Shown in pieces: positions 17,433 through 25,191 of a stretch of 64,000 nucleotides of DNA; position 1 is the stretch's first letter; every line of letters begins with the position of its first letter. The notes beneath the pieces were generated by a model. That model did not search any database. It was not told where the DNA came from and saw only the letters and a program-made list of their open reading frames with translations. The stretch comes from Bdellovibrionales bacterium (GTDB lineage: Bacteria; Bdellovibrionota; Bdellovibrionia; Bdellovibrionales; UBA1609): positions 844,674 to 908,673 of the forward strand of contig OZ241325.1 of NCBI GenBank assembly GCA_965200025.1, read 5' to 3'. Made by a program: the position numbers and the translations under genes.

Positions 17433-19682
17433 TCAGGAACGCTTGACACTGATCACAGGTTTCAGGGATTTGAGGGATTTTAAGACCTCCTGAAGCTGTT
17501 TGAGGTTGTGCAGCTGAACACTGAACAGGCAGGTGGATTTTAAGTCCTGACTGGCTTTCACATTGAGATTTAAGATATTCACATTATGCTCGGCAAAAAC
17601 ACCGGACAAGCCGCTTAAAACCCCCGGGCCGTCATGTACCAAAACCTCCACAAGAGCAGGATGCCAAACCTTGTGTTCTTTGCTCTCATTCCACTCCACA
17701 TCCACATAACGCTCTGAATCCAAAGCCAGAAGAGTGCGGCAGGAATGACGATGCACCATAATACCCCGGCCCCGACTGATAAACCCGGTGATCAGATCCC
17801 CTGGCAGGGGTTTGCAACATTTTGCAAAATGCACCATCACATTCCCAGAACCCTCCACACTCACAGGACAGGCCGCAGAAGAAGAGGGCCTGTCTTTTTT
17901 CTTAACCTCCCCGTGGGAAGTCAGCTTTTTCTCCTGCACAGGAGGGGCAGGCACAAGATTTGCCATTAAATCAGAGATAAGAATTTTTCCATAAGCCAGG
18001 CGGGAAAACAAATCCTCTTGAGAGTTTAATCCCTTTTCCCTGGCATACTTTTGCCAGGCCGGGGATTTAAAAACCTCCTCTTTTTTTAACTTATGGGATT
18101 TTAACTCCTTCTCCAGCAGATTTTGGCCAATGGTTAAGGAGGCTTTTTTTCTCTCCATACGAATAAAAGATTTGATTTTGGATTTTGCCTTGGAGGTGAC
18201 ACAATACTTGAGCCATTCTTCAGAGGGGTTTTGGTTTTTCGAAGTGATAATCTCCACTGTGTCTCCATTTTTGAGTTTCCATTTCAGGGGAACCAAACGG
18301 CCATTGACCCTGGCTCCACTGATTTTGTGACCCAAATCTGTATGAATGGCATAGGCAAAATCAATGGGGGTGGCACCTTTTGGAAACTCCTTCACATCCC
18401 CCTGAGGGGTAAAAATATAAATTTCCAGGTCAAAAAGATCCATTTTAACAGATTCCAAAAACTCCCCGGATTTGGAATGATGCTGGTGAAGGCTTACCAG
18501 ATTTTGAAGCCAGTTAAATTTTTTTAAAGTGTTTTTATCCACCTGGGAGCCTTCCCTCCAGGATTCTGTTTTATACTTCCAATGGGCTGCAATCCCCTTT
18601 TCAGCAAGCAGGTGCATGTCAAAAGTGCGAATTTGCACCTCTATTCTTCGCCCCTGCTCCCCCAACACAGTGGAGTGAAGGCTTTGGTAATTGTTGGTTT
18701 TTGGAATGGCAATGTAGTCTTTAAATCTCCCGGGGACCGGCTTGTAAAAGGAATGAAGTACACCCAAAATCTGATAACATTCCTCCATTTTATGAACACA
18801 AATACGGAAAGCCAAAACATCATACACCTGATCATAATCCACATTCTGACTCATCATTTTTTTATAAATGGAGTACATGTTTTTTAACCGGCCGGTGATT
18901 TCCACCGGGATATGTGTTTTTACACGAATTTCTTTTTTTAAAATAGCAATCACATTTTTTATGTACTTTTCAGTTTGTGTTTTTTCCTCATTCATTTTCC
19001 GTTTTAAGGAACTAAAGGTTTCCGGATCAGAGTACTGAAATGCCAAATCCTCCAGCTCCACCTTTAAAGAGTAAATACCCAGGCGGGAGGCCAGGGGGGC
19101 GTAAATATCCAGGGTCTCCTGTGCGGTCAAAAGTTGTTTTTCCGGAGTGAGGTGTTTGAGGGTTCTCATATTGTGCAAACGATCAGCCAGTTTCACCAGC
19201 AGCACACGCACATCCTGTGCAATGGCCACAATCATTTTTCGCATATTTTCACTGGTTTTGTGGTGGGTGTTTCGAAAAGAGATATGAGATATTTTACTCA
19301 CCCCATCCACCAAAAAAGCCACTGTTGGGTTAAATTCTTTTTCCAGGTCTTTGACACTCCATTCTGTATCCTCCACCACATCGTGAAGCAGTCCTGTTAC
19401 AACCGTGTAAAGGTCCAGATGCAAATCTGCCAACAGGGCCGCCACATTTAAAGGGTGTAAAATATAAGGGGAGCCGTCTTTTCTGAGCTGACCTTTGTGG
19501 GCCCGACTGGCCAACTCAAAGGCTTTTTGCACCAGGCTTAAATCTGCCGAAGAGTAATAGGTTTCTATTTTGTCCAGAAGATCCTGAAGACAGGATATAT
19601 CACCGGATCTCAAAGTTCCATAAGAGGCGGCAGGGGAAAATTGTGGATTTTCATCCTCTGGTAAAGAACGGGGTAAAGCCAT
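17433..19682 (-). CDS. spoT: bifunctional (p)ppGpp synthetase/hydrolase, RelA/SpoT family
   Basis: 749 aa with an HD motif (HDVVEDT), a synthetase core, and TGS and ACT-like C-terminal regions. It sits downstream of rpoZ. Confidence 0.9.
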   Translation of the reverse strand: MALPRSLPEDENPQFSPAASYGTLRSGDISCLQDLLDKIETYYSSADLSLVQKAFELASRAHKGQLRKDGSPYILHPLNVAALLADLHLDLYTVVTGLLHDVVEDTEWSVKDLEKEFNPTVAFLVDGVSKISHISFRNTHHKTSENMRKMIVAIAQDVRVLLVKLADRLHNMRTLKHLTPEKQLLTAQETLDIYAPLASRLGIYSLKVELEDLAFQYSDPETFSSLKRKMNEEKTQTEKYIKNVIAILKKEIRVKTHIPVEITGRLKNMYSIYKKMMSQNVDYDQVYDVLAFRICVHKMEECYQILGVLHSFYKPVPGRFKDYIAIPKTNNYQSLHSTVLGEQGRRIEVQIRTFDMHLLAEKGIAAHWKYKTESWREGSQVDKNTLKKFNWLQNLVSLHQHHSKSGEFLESVKMDLFDLEIYIFTPQGDVKEFPKGATPIDFAYAIHTDLGHKISGARVNGRLVPLKWKLKNGDTVEIITSKNQNPSEEWLKYCVTSKAKSKIKSFIRMERKKASLTIGQNLLEKELKSHKLKKEEVFKSPAWQKYAREKGLNSQEDLFSRLAYGKILISDLMANLVPAPPVQEKKLTSHGEVKKKDRPSSSAACPVSVEGSGNVMVHFAKCCKPLPGDLITGFISRGRGIMVHRHSCRTLLALDSERYVDVEWNESKEHKVWHPALVEVLVHDGPGVLSGLSGVFAEHNVNILNLNVKASQDLKSTCLFSVQLHNLKQLQEVLKSLKSLKPVISVKRS

Positions 19683-19736
19683 ACCCTGATTTTACTACAG
19701 ATCCCCCTCTTCTGCCATATTTTCCAAAAAAAACTT

Positions 19737-20006
19737 TTAATTTTCTGGTTTTAAGGAAGTCACAGGATACTTTTTTTCCACCCTGAGGTCTTGTTCCAGC
19801 TGCTGTTCAGGAGGTAGCGTGCCACAATCAAAATTGACTTTGTCCGCAGAAACCTCTCTTAAGGCATTCACCACGGGTTTGTTTTTTTGCCTCACAAGGC
19901 AGGGGTCTCCTTTTAAAAGCTGCTTGACCCTCTTTGTCACCAAAGCCACCAAAGCAAAACGGTTGGAAACTTTTTTTAAACAATCCTCCACAGTCACCCG
20001 GGCCAT
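19737..20006 (-). CDS. rpoZ: RNA polymerase omega subunit
   Basis: [10 protein letters not shown]...NRFALV N-terminus typical of RpoZ. GGAGG RBS. Confidence 0.85.
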   Translation of the reverse strand: MARVTVEDCLKKVSNRFALVALVTKRVKQLLKGDPCLVRQKNKPVVNALREVSADKVNFDCGTLPPEQQLEQDLRVEKKYPVTSLKPEN

Positions 20007-20046
20007 ATTTTACCTCCTTTTAAGGTTTTTTAAGCCCTCTGCTTAC

Positions 20047-20099
20047 CACTTCCCGCTCTCTGTTGTCAAATGTGAGGGCCATAATTTTTCCAAAGCCCC
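20047..20099. repeat. direct repeat, left copy (decayed duplicate of the gmk-rpoZ spacer)
   Basis: 52/53 identical to 22939-22991. A second shared block is TAAAACTATGACT at 20105-20117 and 23016-23028. Confidence 0.95.
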
Positions 20100-20336
20100 T
20101 CCCTTAAAACTATGACTTTTAGCAATTTCTGCTTTGTAAGGGACACTATGTAATAAATACACACCCTTTTATGAAAAATATCCTGACTGCCACCAAGTAC
20201 ATTGTAATATAGCTTGCATTTTGTGAATAATGCAATGCATAAAAAGTCAATATTAAGGATTTGATTATTGTTGGTGATGAAAGTATATTGAAGGACCAAG
20301 ACGGGTAGCCAAGTACCTAAAAGGGGATTAAGTTTT

Positions 20337-20549
20337 ATGAAGTGCATTGTATGCCATAGCAAACTTACAAAGGCTGAGTACGATGAGTTGGCCCCGGAAT
20401 TTAAGCCTCATCCTGTACACAAAGAATGTTTTGATACATTTGTAAATGCAGATGAGTTTTTAGAGTTTGCCTCTGAACAGACATCTTCAAAAAAATTCTC
20501 ACCCCCTCCCGCAACACAAGCACCTCCCCCGGATCTGTCACCAAACTAA
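20337..20549 (+). CDS. small Cys/His-rich protein (possible zinc ribbon, possible controller of the island)
   Basis: 70 aa with CxxC...HxxHxxC, i.e. MKCIVCH...HPVHKEC. It is transcribed opposite to (convergent with) the nuclease/methylase genes. AAGGGG lies upstream of the ATG. Confidence 0.4.
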   Translation: MKCIVCHSKLTKAEYDELAPEFKPHPVHKECFDTFVNADEFLEFASEQTSSKKFSPPPATQAPPPDLSPN

Positions 20550-21047
20550 TATTTTGGAAGGGGATAAAGAACCTTCAGGCAAACAGTTTATAATATCCAC
20601 CTCACTTCTTTCCCCGTTCCATTTTGCAATGGTAATTTTCCTGTTTTTTCCATAATTCAATAAGTTATGTTTTTGGTCGCTATTTAAAAAAGCATTTAAG
20701 CCTGTGGTTTTCTCTTTCGGACTCAATAAAATGGCACACACAGGTTGCATAATACGAGAGTACCCAATAAGCTGGCTTAAATGTTGTAAAGTCAGTTTTT
20801 TGGTTTTACATTCCACTAAAACCAGGCCAGTTTTATTATTTTGCGACACAACAGAAAACACATCAATTTTTATATTAAAATAATGAGAATGAGTAATTTT
20901 CTTTGTAAGATTTTTCCTGATTAATATTTTGCTGATGAATTCATCGGCACCTATATATGTTTGGACAATGCTTTGTGGCTTGAGACTCCTTTTTAAATAA
21001 GCATCCAACCAGGTTTTAACGGGGTGATATAATTCCAGTTCTTTCAC
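20538..21047 (-). CDS. NucS/RecB-like PD-(D/E)XK mini-nuclease
   Basis: IDVFSVV-x9-LVLVECKTKK-LTLQHLSQLIGY gives the D...ExK...QxxxY signature. The GTG at 21047 overlaps the upstream TGA (GTGA), suggesting translational coupling. The track ORF start at 21101 is probably too long. Confidence 0.55.
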   Translation of the reverse strand: MKELELYHPVKTWLDAYLKRSLKPQSIVQTYIGADEFISKILIRKNLTKKITHSHYFNIKIDVFSVVSQNNKTGLVLVECKTKKLTLQHLSQLIGYSRIMQPVCAILLSPKEKTTGLNAFLNSDQKHNLLNYGKNRKITIAKWNGERSEVDIINCLPEGSLSPSKILVW

Positions 21048-21937
21048 TTTTTTTCTTTCTGTGTGCAACCCATGGCAATGCATATTTCTCTGAAGTTGCA
21101 AATATGTTTTCGGACTTGTGAGGGAAGTTTATCACTGTGTTCATCAGGATGCAATGGCTTTGATTTGATCCTTGGCTTTTTATCCGGCCAACAAAAGGAT
21201 GGGGTTGTTTTATTGATCTGGTTATCACGTTGGACAAACATTTCCAAAATTTTTTGTTTAAACTCCAATCCAAAACCAATACGGATAAAATGTTTTGAAT
21301 AGAATCTAATCCTATGCTCTTTAGTCCAGCTATGAGAACGGGGTCTGGTGGGGGTTCTTAAGTTAGGATGTCCCCATATTATATTGTCAACAGGAATATT
21401 TAAGCTTTCCTGTAATATCCGACATATTTGCACAGGAAGCTTCCAGTTCTCAAAAGGAATATCCAGGCAGATTCTTGTATACTTGTTCCAATCTCTGTCA
21501 CCAAATGTGGGAATGGAGCATGAATCAGCCACTCCTCTAATAAAATGCTTTTTTATATCAAGAGATGCATTCCTAACAGATTCAGGAACAAGGGCAGTTT
21601 TATAACTAAAAGTTTCCAAAGGACCCAATATATCGTATAATATATCCCATACCACAGTGTTTTTTGAAACAGGTACAATAACAGAGTACATCAGGTCATC
21701 CCGTTGTACTTTTATATCTGTTTGCAGGTATTCTTTAAGCAGTTCGGTAACACTGGTACCATCTATTGTATACTCACGACCCTTTTGAGACAGCTCGCTA
21801 ATATCACAACCAGGAGGAAGCTTAAACCTTTTGTTTTTGTACTTGAATCTTACAATTATACTTGAGTCAACAAAGTATCCTCTGGCAATACACATTCCCA
21901 AAAAATAAGAAAGCTCAGGTTTGTTTAAGGCTTGCAT
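21044..21937 (-). CDS. hypothetical protein with two degenerate LAGLIDADG-like motifs
   Basis: LSYFLGMCIARGYF (res 9-22) and KKHFIRGVADSCSIP (res 128-142) have the spacing of single-chain LAGLIDADG enzymes. Assignment is by eye only. Confidence 0.35.
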   Translation of the reverse strand: MQALNKPELSYFLGMCIARGYFVDSSIIVRFKYKNKRFKLPPGCDISELSQKGREYTIDGTSVTELLKEYLQTDIKVQRDDLMYSVIVPVSKNTVVWDILYDILGPLETFSYKTALVPESVRNASLDIKKHFIRGVADSCSIPTFGDRDWNKYTRICLDIPFENWKLPVQICRILQESLNIPVDNIIWGHPNLRTPTRPRSHSWTKEHRIRFYSKHFIRIGFGLEFKQKILEMFVQRDNQINKTTPSFCWPDKKPRIKSKPLHPDEHSDKLPSQVRKHICNFREICIAMGCTQKEKK

Positions 21938-22833
21938 TTTTTAAATATCAGTAAAAATTCATGAATTTTATTTACCCGGAAAACATAAGGGTACCCCAAA
22001 GGCCGCAAATTGTTGTAGTCCTGCTTCCTGTCCCATATAATGATGTCATCCAAAGTGTACCCAACTGAACACAAAGCCTGTGTAATATCCATATGAAGAG
22101 GATAAAACATGCTTTTTTTTCTTAAATCCATAACATTTATTATACAGTAAGCATTGGGTTTTAAAACCTTAGACACCTGATGAAATATATTTTTCATGGT
22201 GAAAAGATACTGTTTATATTCAGAAATTACACCTATGTTCTCTTTTGACAAATGATATTCTTTTTTTATTTTTCCATCCACTGTTCTTTTTTGACTTAAA
22301 ATATCCCAATAAGGTGGACTGGTAAAACATAAATCAATCGTATTATTTGGAATATATTTTCCAACATTAATGGCATTACTTTTTACCACTTGAATCTTTG
22401 ATTTTTTTTTAGTTATTGATTCAAGTTTTTTTATTCTGCTTTTGGAAATGGAAATATATTTTTTACTTATATCAAAGCCTATTCCGGTTTTATTGAGCTT
22501 ATGGCAAGCCACAAGAGTGGAACCAGATCCCACAAAAGGATCCAGAATATTTGTTTTGCGTGAATCTGTAAAAGTCTCTATGACTTTATATGCCAACTTC
22601 CAGGGAAATACCGCCGGATGTTCCAGTTTCCTCTCTTCAGTGTCTTTGGACATGCCGTTCCATATCGATACAGAGTTTTTGAGCCAGTCACTTCCATTAA
22701 GATCGTTGGCTTTATTTGTGGATTTCCTGTGTTTTTTTACAGGCAATGTATCATGATGAAACAAGTTCAATACCAAACCCCATTTTATAAAAATTAAAAT
22801 CTTCTTTAAAATTGTGCAATTATTGAGAAACAT
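21925..22833 (-). CDS. DNA methyltransferase (N4-C/N6-A family, SPPY type)
   Basis: HPAVFP and DPFVGSGST (AdoMet motif I) lie upstream of FTSPPYWD (motif IV). Confidence 0.85.
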   Translation of the reverse strand: MFLNNCTILKKILIFIKWGLVLNLFHHDTLPVKKHRKSTNKANDLNGSDWLKNSVSIWNGMSKDTEERKLEHPAVFPWKLAYKVIETFTDSRKTNILDPFVGSGSTLVACHKLNKTGIGFDISKKYISISKSRIKKLESITKKKSKIQVVKSNAINVGKYIPNNTIDLCFTSPPYWDILSQKRTVDGKIKKEYHLSKENIGVISEYKQYLFTMKNIFHQVSKVLKPNAYCIINVMDLRKKSMFYPLHMDITQALCSVGYTLDDIIIWDRKQDYNNLRPLGYPYVFRVNKIHEFLLIFKKCKP

Positions 22834-22841
22834 TGATAAGT

Positions 22842-22882
22842 AAAAAAAACAAAGCCCGACCTTGGGCTTGAATTTTTGTTTT
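22842..22882. terminator. bidirectional intrinsic terminator candidate
   Basis: A8 run, then stem AAGCCC / loop GACCTT / GGGCTT, then GAATTTTTGTTTT. It lies between gmk and the methyltransferase start. Confidence 0.5.
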
Positions 22883-22938
22883 CCACTATTCGACGAACAT
22901 GCTCTTTATAATATCTTAAAAACCACTTATAAGACCCA

Positions 22939-22991
22939 CACTTCCCGCTCTCTGTTGTCAAATATGAGGGCCATAATTTTTCCAAAGCCCC
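22939..22991. repeat. direct repeat, right copy (immediately downstream of gmk)
   Basis: 52/53 identical to 20047-20099. Confidence 0.95.
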
Positions 22992-23007
22992 CACAGCCTG
23001 CCTCTTC

Positions 23008-23619
23008 TCAATCTATAAAACTATGACTGTGGGGTTTTTTGATATACGCCTCAATGATATTTCCCAGCTGTTTTAAGGTGTGTGTCAGATTGTGGTTTAC
23101 CACCTGGTGATCAAATTCTTTGGCTTTGGCAATTTCTGCATTTACGGCAACAGAACGCTTTAAAATATCCTGTACACTTCCCTCCCGCCTTTTTTGCACA
23201 CGATCTGTCAGAGCATCCAGGGAGGGGGGCAAAATAAAAATTCTTAGACAGGTGGGGATTTTTTTTTTCACCTCATCCGCCCCCTGTGTATCCAGGTCTT
23301 TAATCACTATTTTTTTCGACTTCCAAATCCTGCTTAACTCCCCAAAAGCTGTTCCGTAATAGTGCTGATAAACACAGGCCCATTCCAAAAAAAAGTTTTT
23401 TTGCCTTAACTCTTTAAACCGCGAAGAGCTCACAAAATGGTAGTCTCTTCCACACACCTCCCCTGCCCTGGGCGGGCGTGTGGTGTAAGACACAGGGACC
23501 CTTAAGCTCTCCGTGTATTTTTTTAAAACCTTTTGAATGAGAGTGGATTTTCCCACCCCACTGGGACCACAAATCACCAAAAAACCCCCTGCCCGGTTTT
23601 TTCGCTCTGTTGTTTTCAT
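23008..23619 (-). CDS. gmk: guanylate kinase
   Basis: GPSGVGKST P-loop and TTRPPRxGE motif. Confidence 0.9.
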   Translation of the reverse strand: MKTTERKNRAGGFLVICGPSGVGKSTLIQKVLKKYTESLRVPVSYTTRPPRAGEVCGRDYHFVSSSRFKELRQKNFFLEWACVYQHYYGTAFGELSRIWKSKKIVIKDLDTQGADEVKKKIPTCLRIFILPPSLDALTDRVQKRREGSVQDILKRSVAVNAEIAKAKEFDHQVVNHNLTHTLKQLGNIIEAYIKKPHSHSFID

Positions 23620-23721
23620 CTTTGAAACCCCTCATAACAATCTCTTAAGTGTTTTGTAACTCCCTTTCAACACTTTAAAATCTTAATCATCTGCCTTTCT
23701 GTGATCCCCACAAAAAAACAT

Positions 23722-24558
23722 TTACTCTATGTTTTGCACCTGCTCTCTCATTTGCTCAATAAGGGTTTTTGCCAACACCACCTGATGAATCATATACACA
23801 TTTTGGGATTTTGACCCAGCGGTATTCACTTCACGAATCATCTCCTGAAGGTAAAAAGCCAGCTTTTTACCACAATAAGGGGCAGGAGCTGAAAGCAGGT
23901 GGCGAAACACCTTAATATGCTCCCTCCACCTTAAAAGCTCCTCCTGAATATCCTGACGAAAAAGAGAGCTTTCCCCGTTTTTGGAAGCCAAAGTGTGTTT
24001 TCTTATTTTTTTTACCTGTTGATGAGAGGCTTTTTTAATACGAAAAAAACATTTCATAAGTTGTGTTAAGTTTTTTTTCAGGCTTTTTCTTAAAGCCTGT
24101 CCCTCTCTTCCCCTCTCCTTCAGGCAGCGGTTTAAAGCTTCCCCAAAAAGTTTTTTAACAAGGGTTTTTTCTGAAACAGAAGGGAAATTTGTTCTGTCTG
24201 TGCAAAGCACCCCGGGGAGGAGGGCCAAAGTGCTTAAATCCAGATTGTTTTTTATTTTGATATCTTTGGACATTTTTTGATAAAGCTTTTTCCACCGAAG
24301 GGCCTGTGCCATGTTAAAATAACTTCCTTTCATTTTAGGCACTGGTACAGACGGAGTGCGTGTAACAAAAACCTCCACAAAACCTCTTTTTATTTTTTTT
24401 TCCAGACTCTTTTTGAGATCCACTTTTAAAGAGCTGTAAAAAGGGGGAAGAATAATTTTAAGATCCAGGTATTTGTGGTTTAAAGAGCTTATGCTCACTT
24501 CCACACGCCCTCCCGAAAAGGAGGACACACAGTTTCCATAACCTGTCATGCTTTTCAT
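23722..24558 (-). CDS. yicC: YicC-family stress-induced protein
   Basis: MKSMTGYG N-terminus, C-terminal REVNTxGSK-type motif, 278 aa. Confidence 0.8.
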   Translation of the reverse strand: MKSMTGYGNCVSSFSGGRVEVSISSLNHKYLDLKIILPPFYSSLKVDLKKSLEKKIKRGFVEVFVTRTPSVPVPKMKGSYFNMAQALRWKKLYQKMSKDIKIKNNLDLSTLALLPGVLCTDRTNFPSVSEKTLVKKLFGEALNRCLKERGREGQALRKSLKKNLTQLMKCFFRIKKASHQQVKKIRKHTLASKNGESSLFRQDIQEELLRWREHIKVFRHLLSAPAPYCGKKLAFYLQEMIREVNTAGSKSQNVYMIHQVVLAKTLIEQMREQVQNIE

Positions 24559-24594
24559 AAAAAAACCCCTTCTAAAATATCTGACAACTCTTAA

Positions 24595-25182
24595 TTAAAA
24601 ACACAAACGGGATACACAAACAAGCTGCCAGCCAAAAAATAAAACCAGAGCCAGGCCTTTTTGTTTTCTGTCCGGGCTTTTAAACTCACAACGATAGGTG
24701 TTCTCAAAAAGCTGCCAGCCTTTAACCTGTATGTTTTTAAGGGTAAGATTACCAGCAAAGCTTTTGAAGGCCGCCTCCTTAACAGACCACAAAGCCCCCC
24801 GGTGAGGGGCAAAGGCTATTTCACGGGCCGTTGCCACACGGGAAAGGGATTTTACCCTAAAAGTCCCCTCCATGTCAAAACCCAGCCCCGCTTCAGGAGA
24901 ATCGCAAAAAACAAAACCCGCCAAACTCTCACTGTGGGAAAGAGAAACAGACAGGCCCTTAAACCGGGGCAACAAACCAGGAGTTAAAAACTCTTTTTGC
25001 TCTGAACAGGAAAGTTTTTTGCTTTTGAGTAAAATATTTAAAAAATCCGACCTGAAAACCCTTCGATGCTGTAAAAGAGGTTTTTTTATATGGCTTTTTT
25101 GAATATGACAGCAAAGATTTAGTTTTAAATACCTCCTGCTTTTTAATTCCACACAGGAACATATATTTTTTAAATCACTCAC
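24595..25182 (-). CDS. 4'-phosphopantetheinyl transferase superfamily protein
   Basis: GFDMEG and WSVKEAAFKS motifs. GTG start, exact start uncertain. Confidence 0.55.
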   Translation of the reverse strand: MSDLKNICSCVELKSRRYLKLNLCCHIQKSHIKKPLLQHRRVFRSDFLNILLKSKKLSCSEQKEFLTPGLLPRFKGLSVSLSHSESLAGFVFCDSPEAGLGFDMEGTFRVKSLSRVATAREIAFAPHRGALWSVKEAAFKSFAGNLTLKNIQVKGWQLFENTYRCEFKSPDRKQKGLALVLFFGWQLVCVSRLCF

Positions 25183-25191
25183 CCGGCTGGC

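Larger units (their letters stand above)
20047..22991. mobile_element. 2.9-kb low-GC restriction-modification-like island bounded by a 53-bp direct repeat
   Basis: The direct repeats are offset by 2892 bp. The interior is AT-rich and carries a methyltransferase and nuclease-like genes. No integrase is present. Confidence 0.7.

Noticed and set aside
20066-20362. 98-aa ORF (and 22806-22994, 62 aa) starting inside the two copies of the direct repeat
   Set aside because: Both start from the same duplicated sequence and run through AT-rich non-coding DNA. They show no RBS and no family, and are artefacts of the duplication.
20100-22938. Search for an integrase, transposase or terminal inverted repeats within the island
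   Set aside because: None were found, so I do not call it an IS, transposon or integrative element. I report only the direct-repeat-bounded island.
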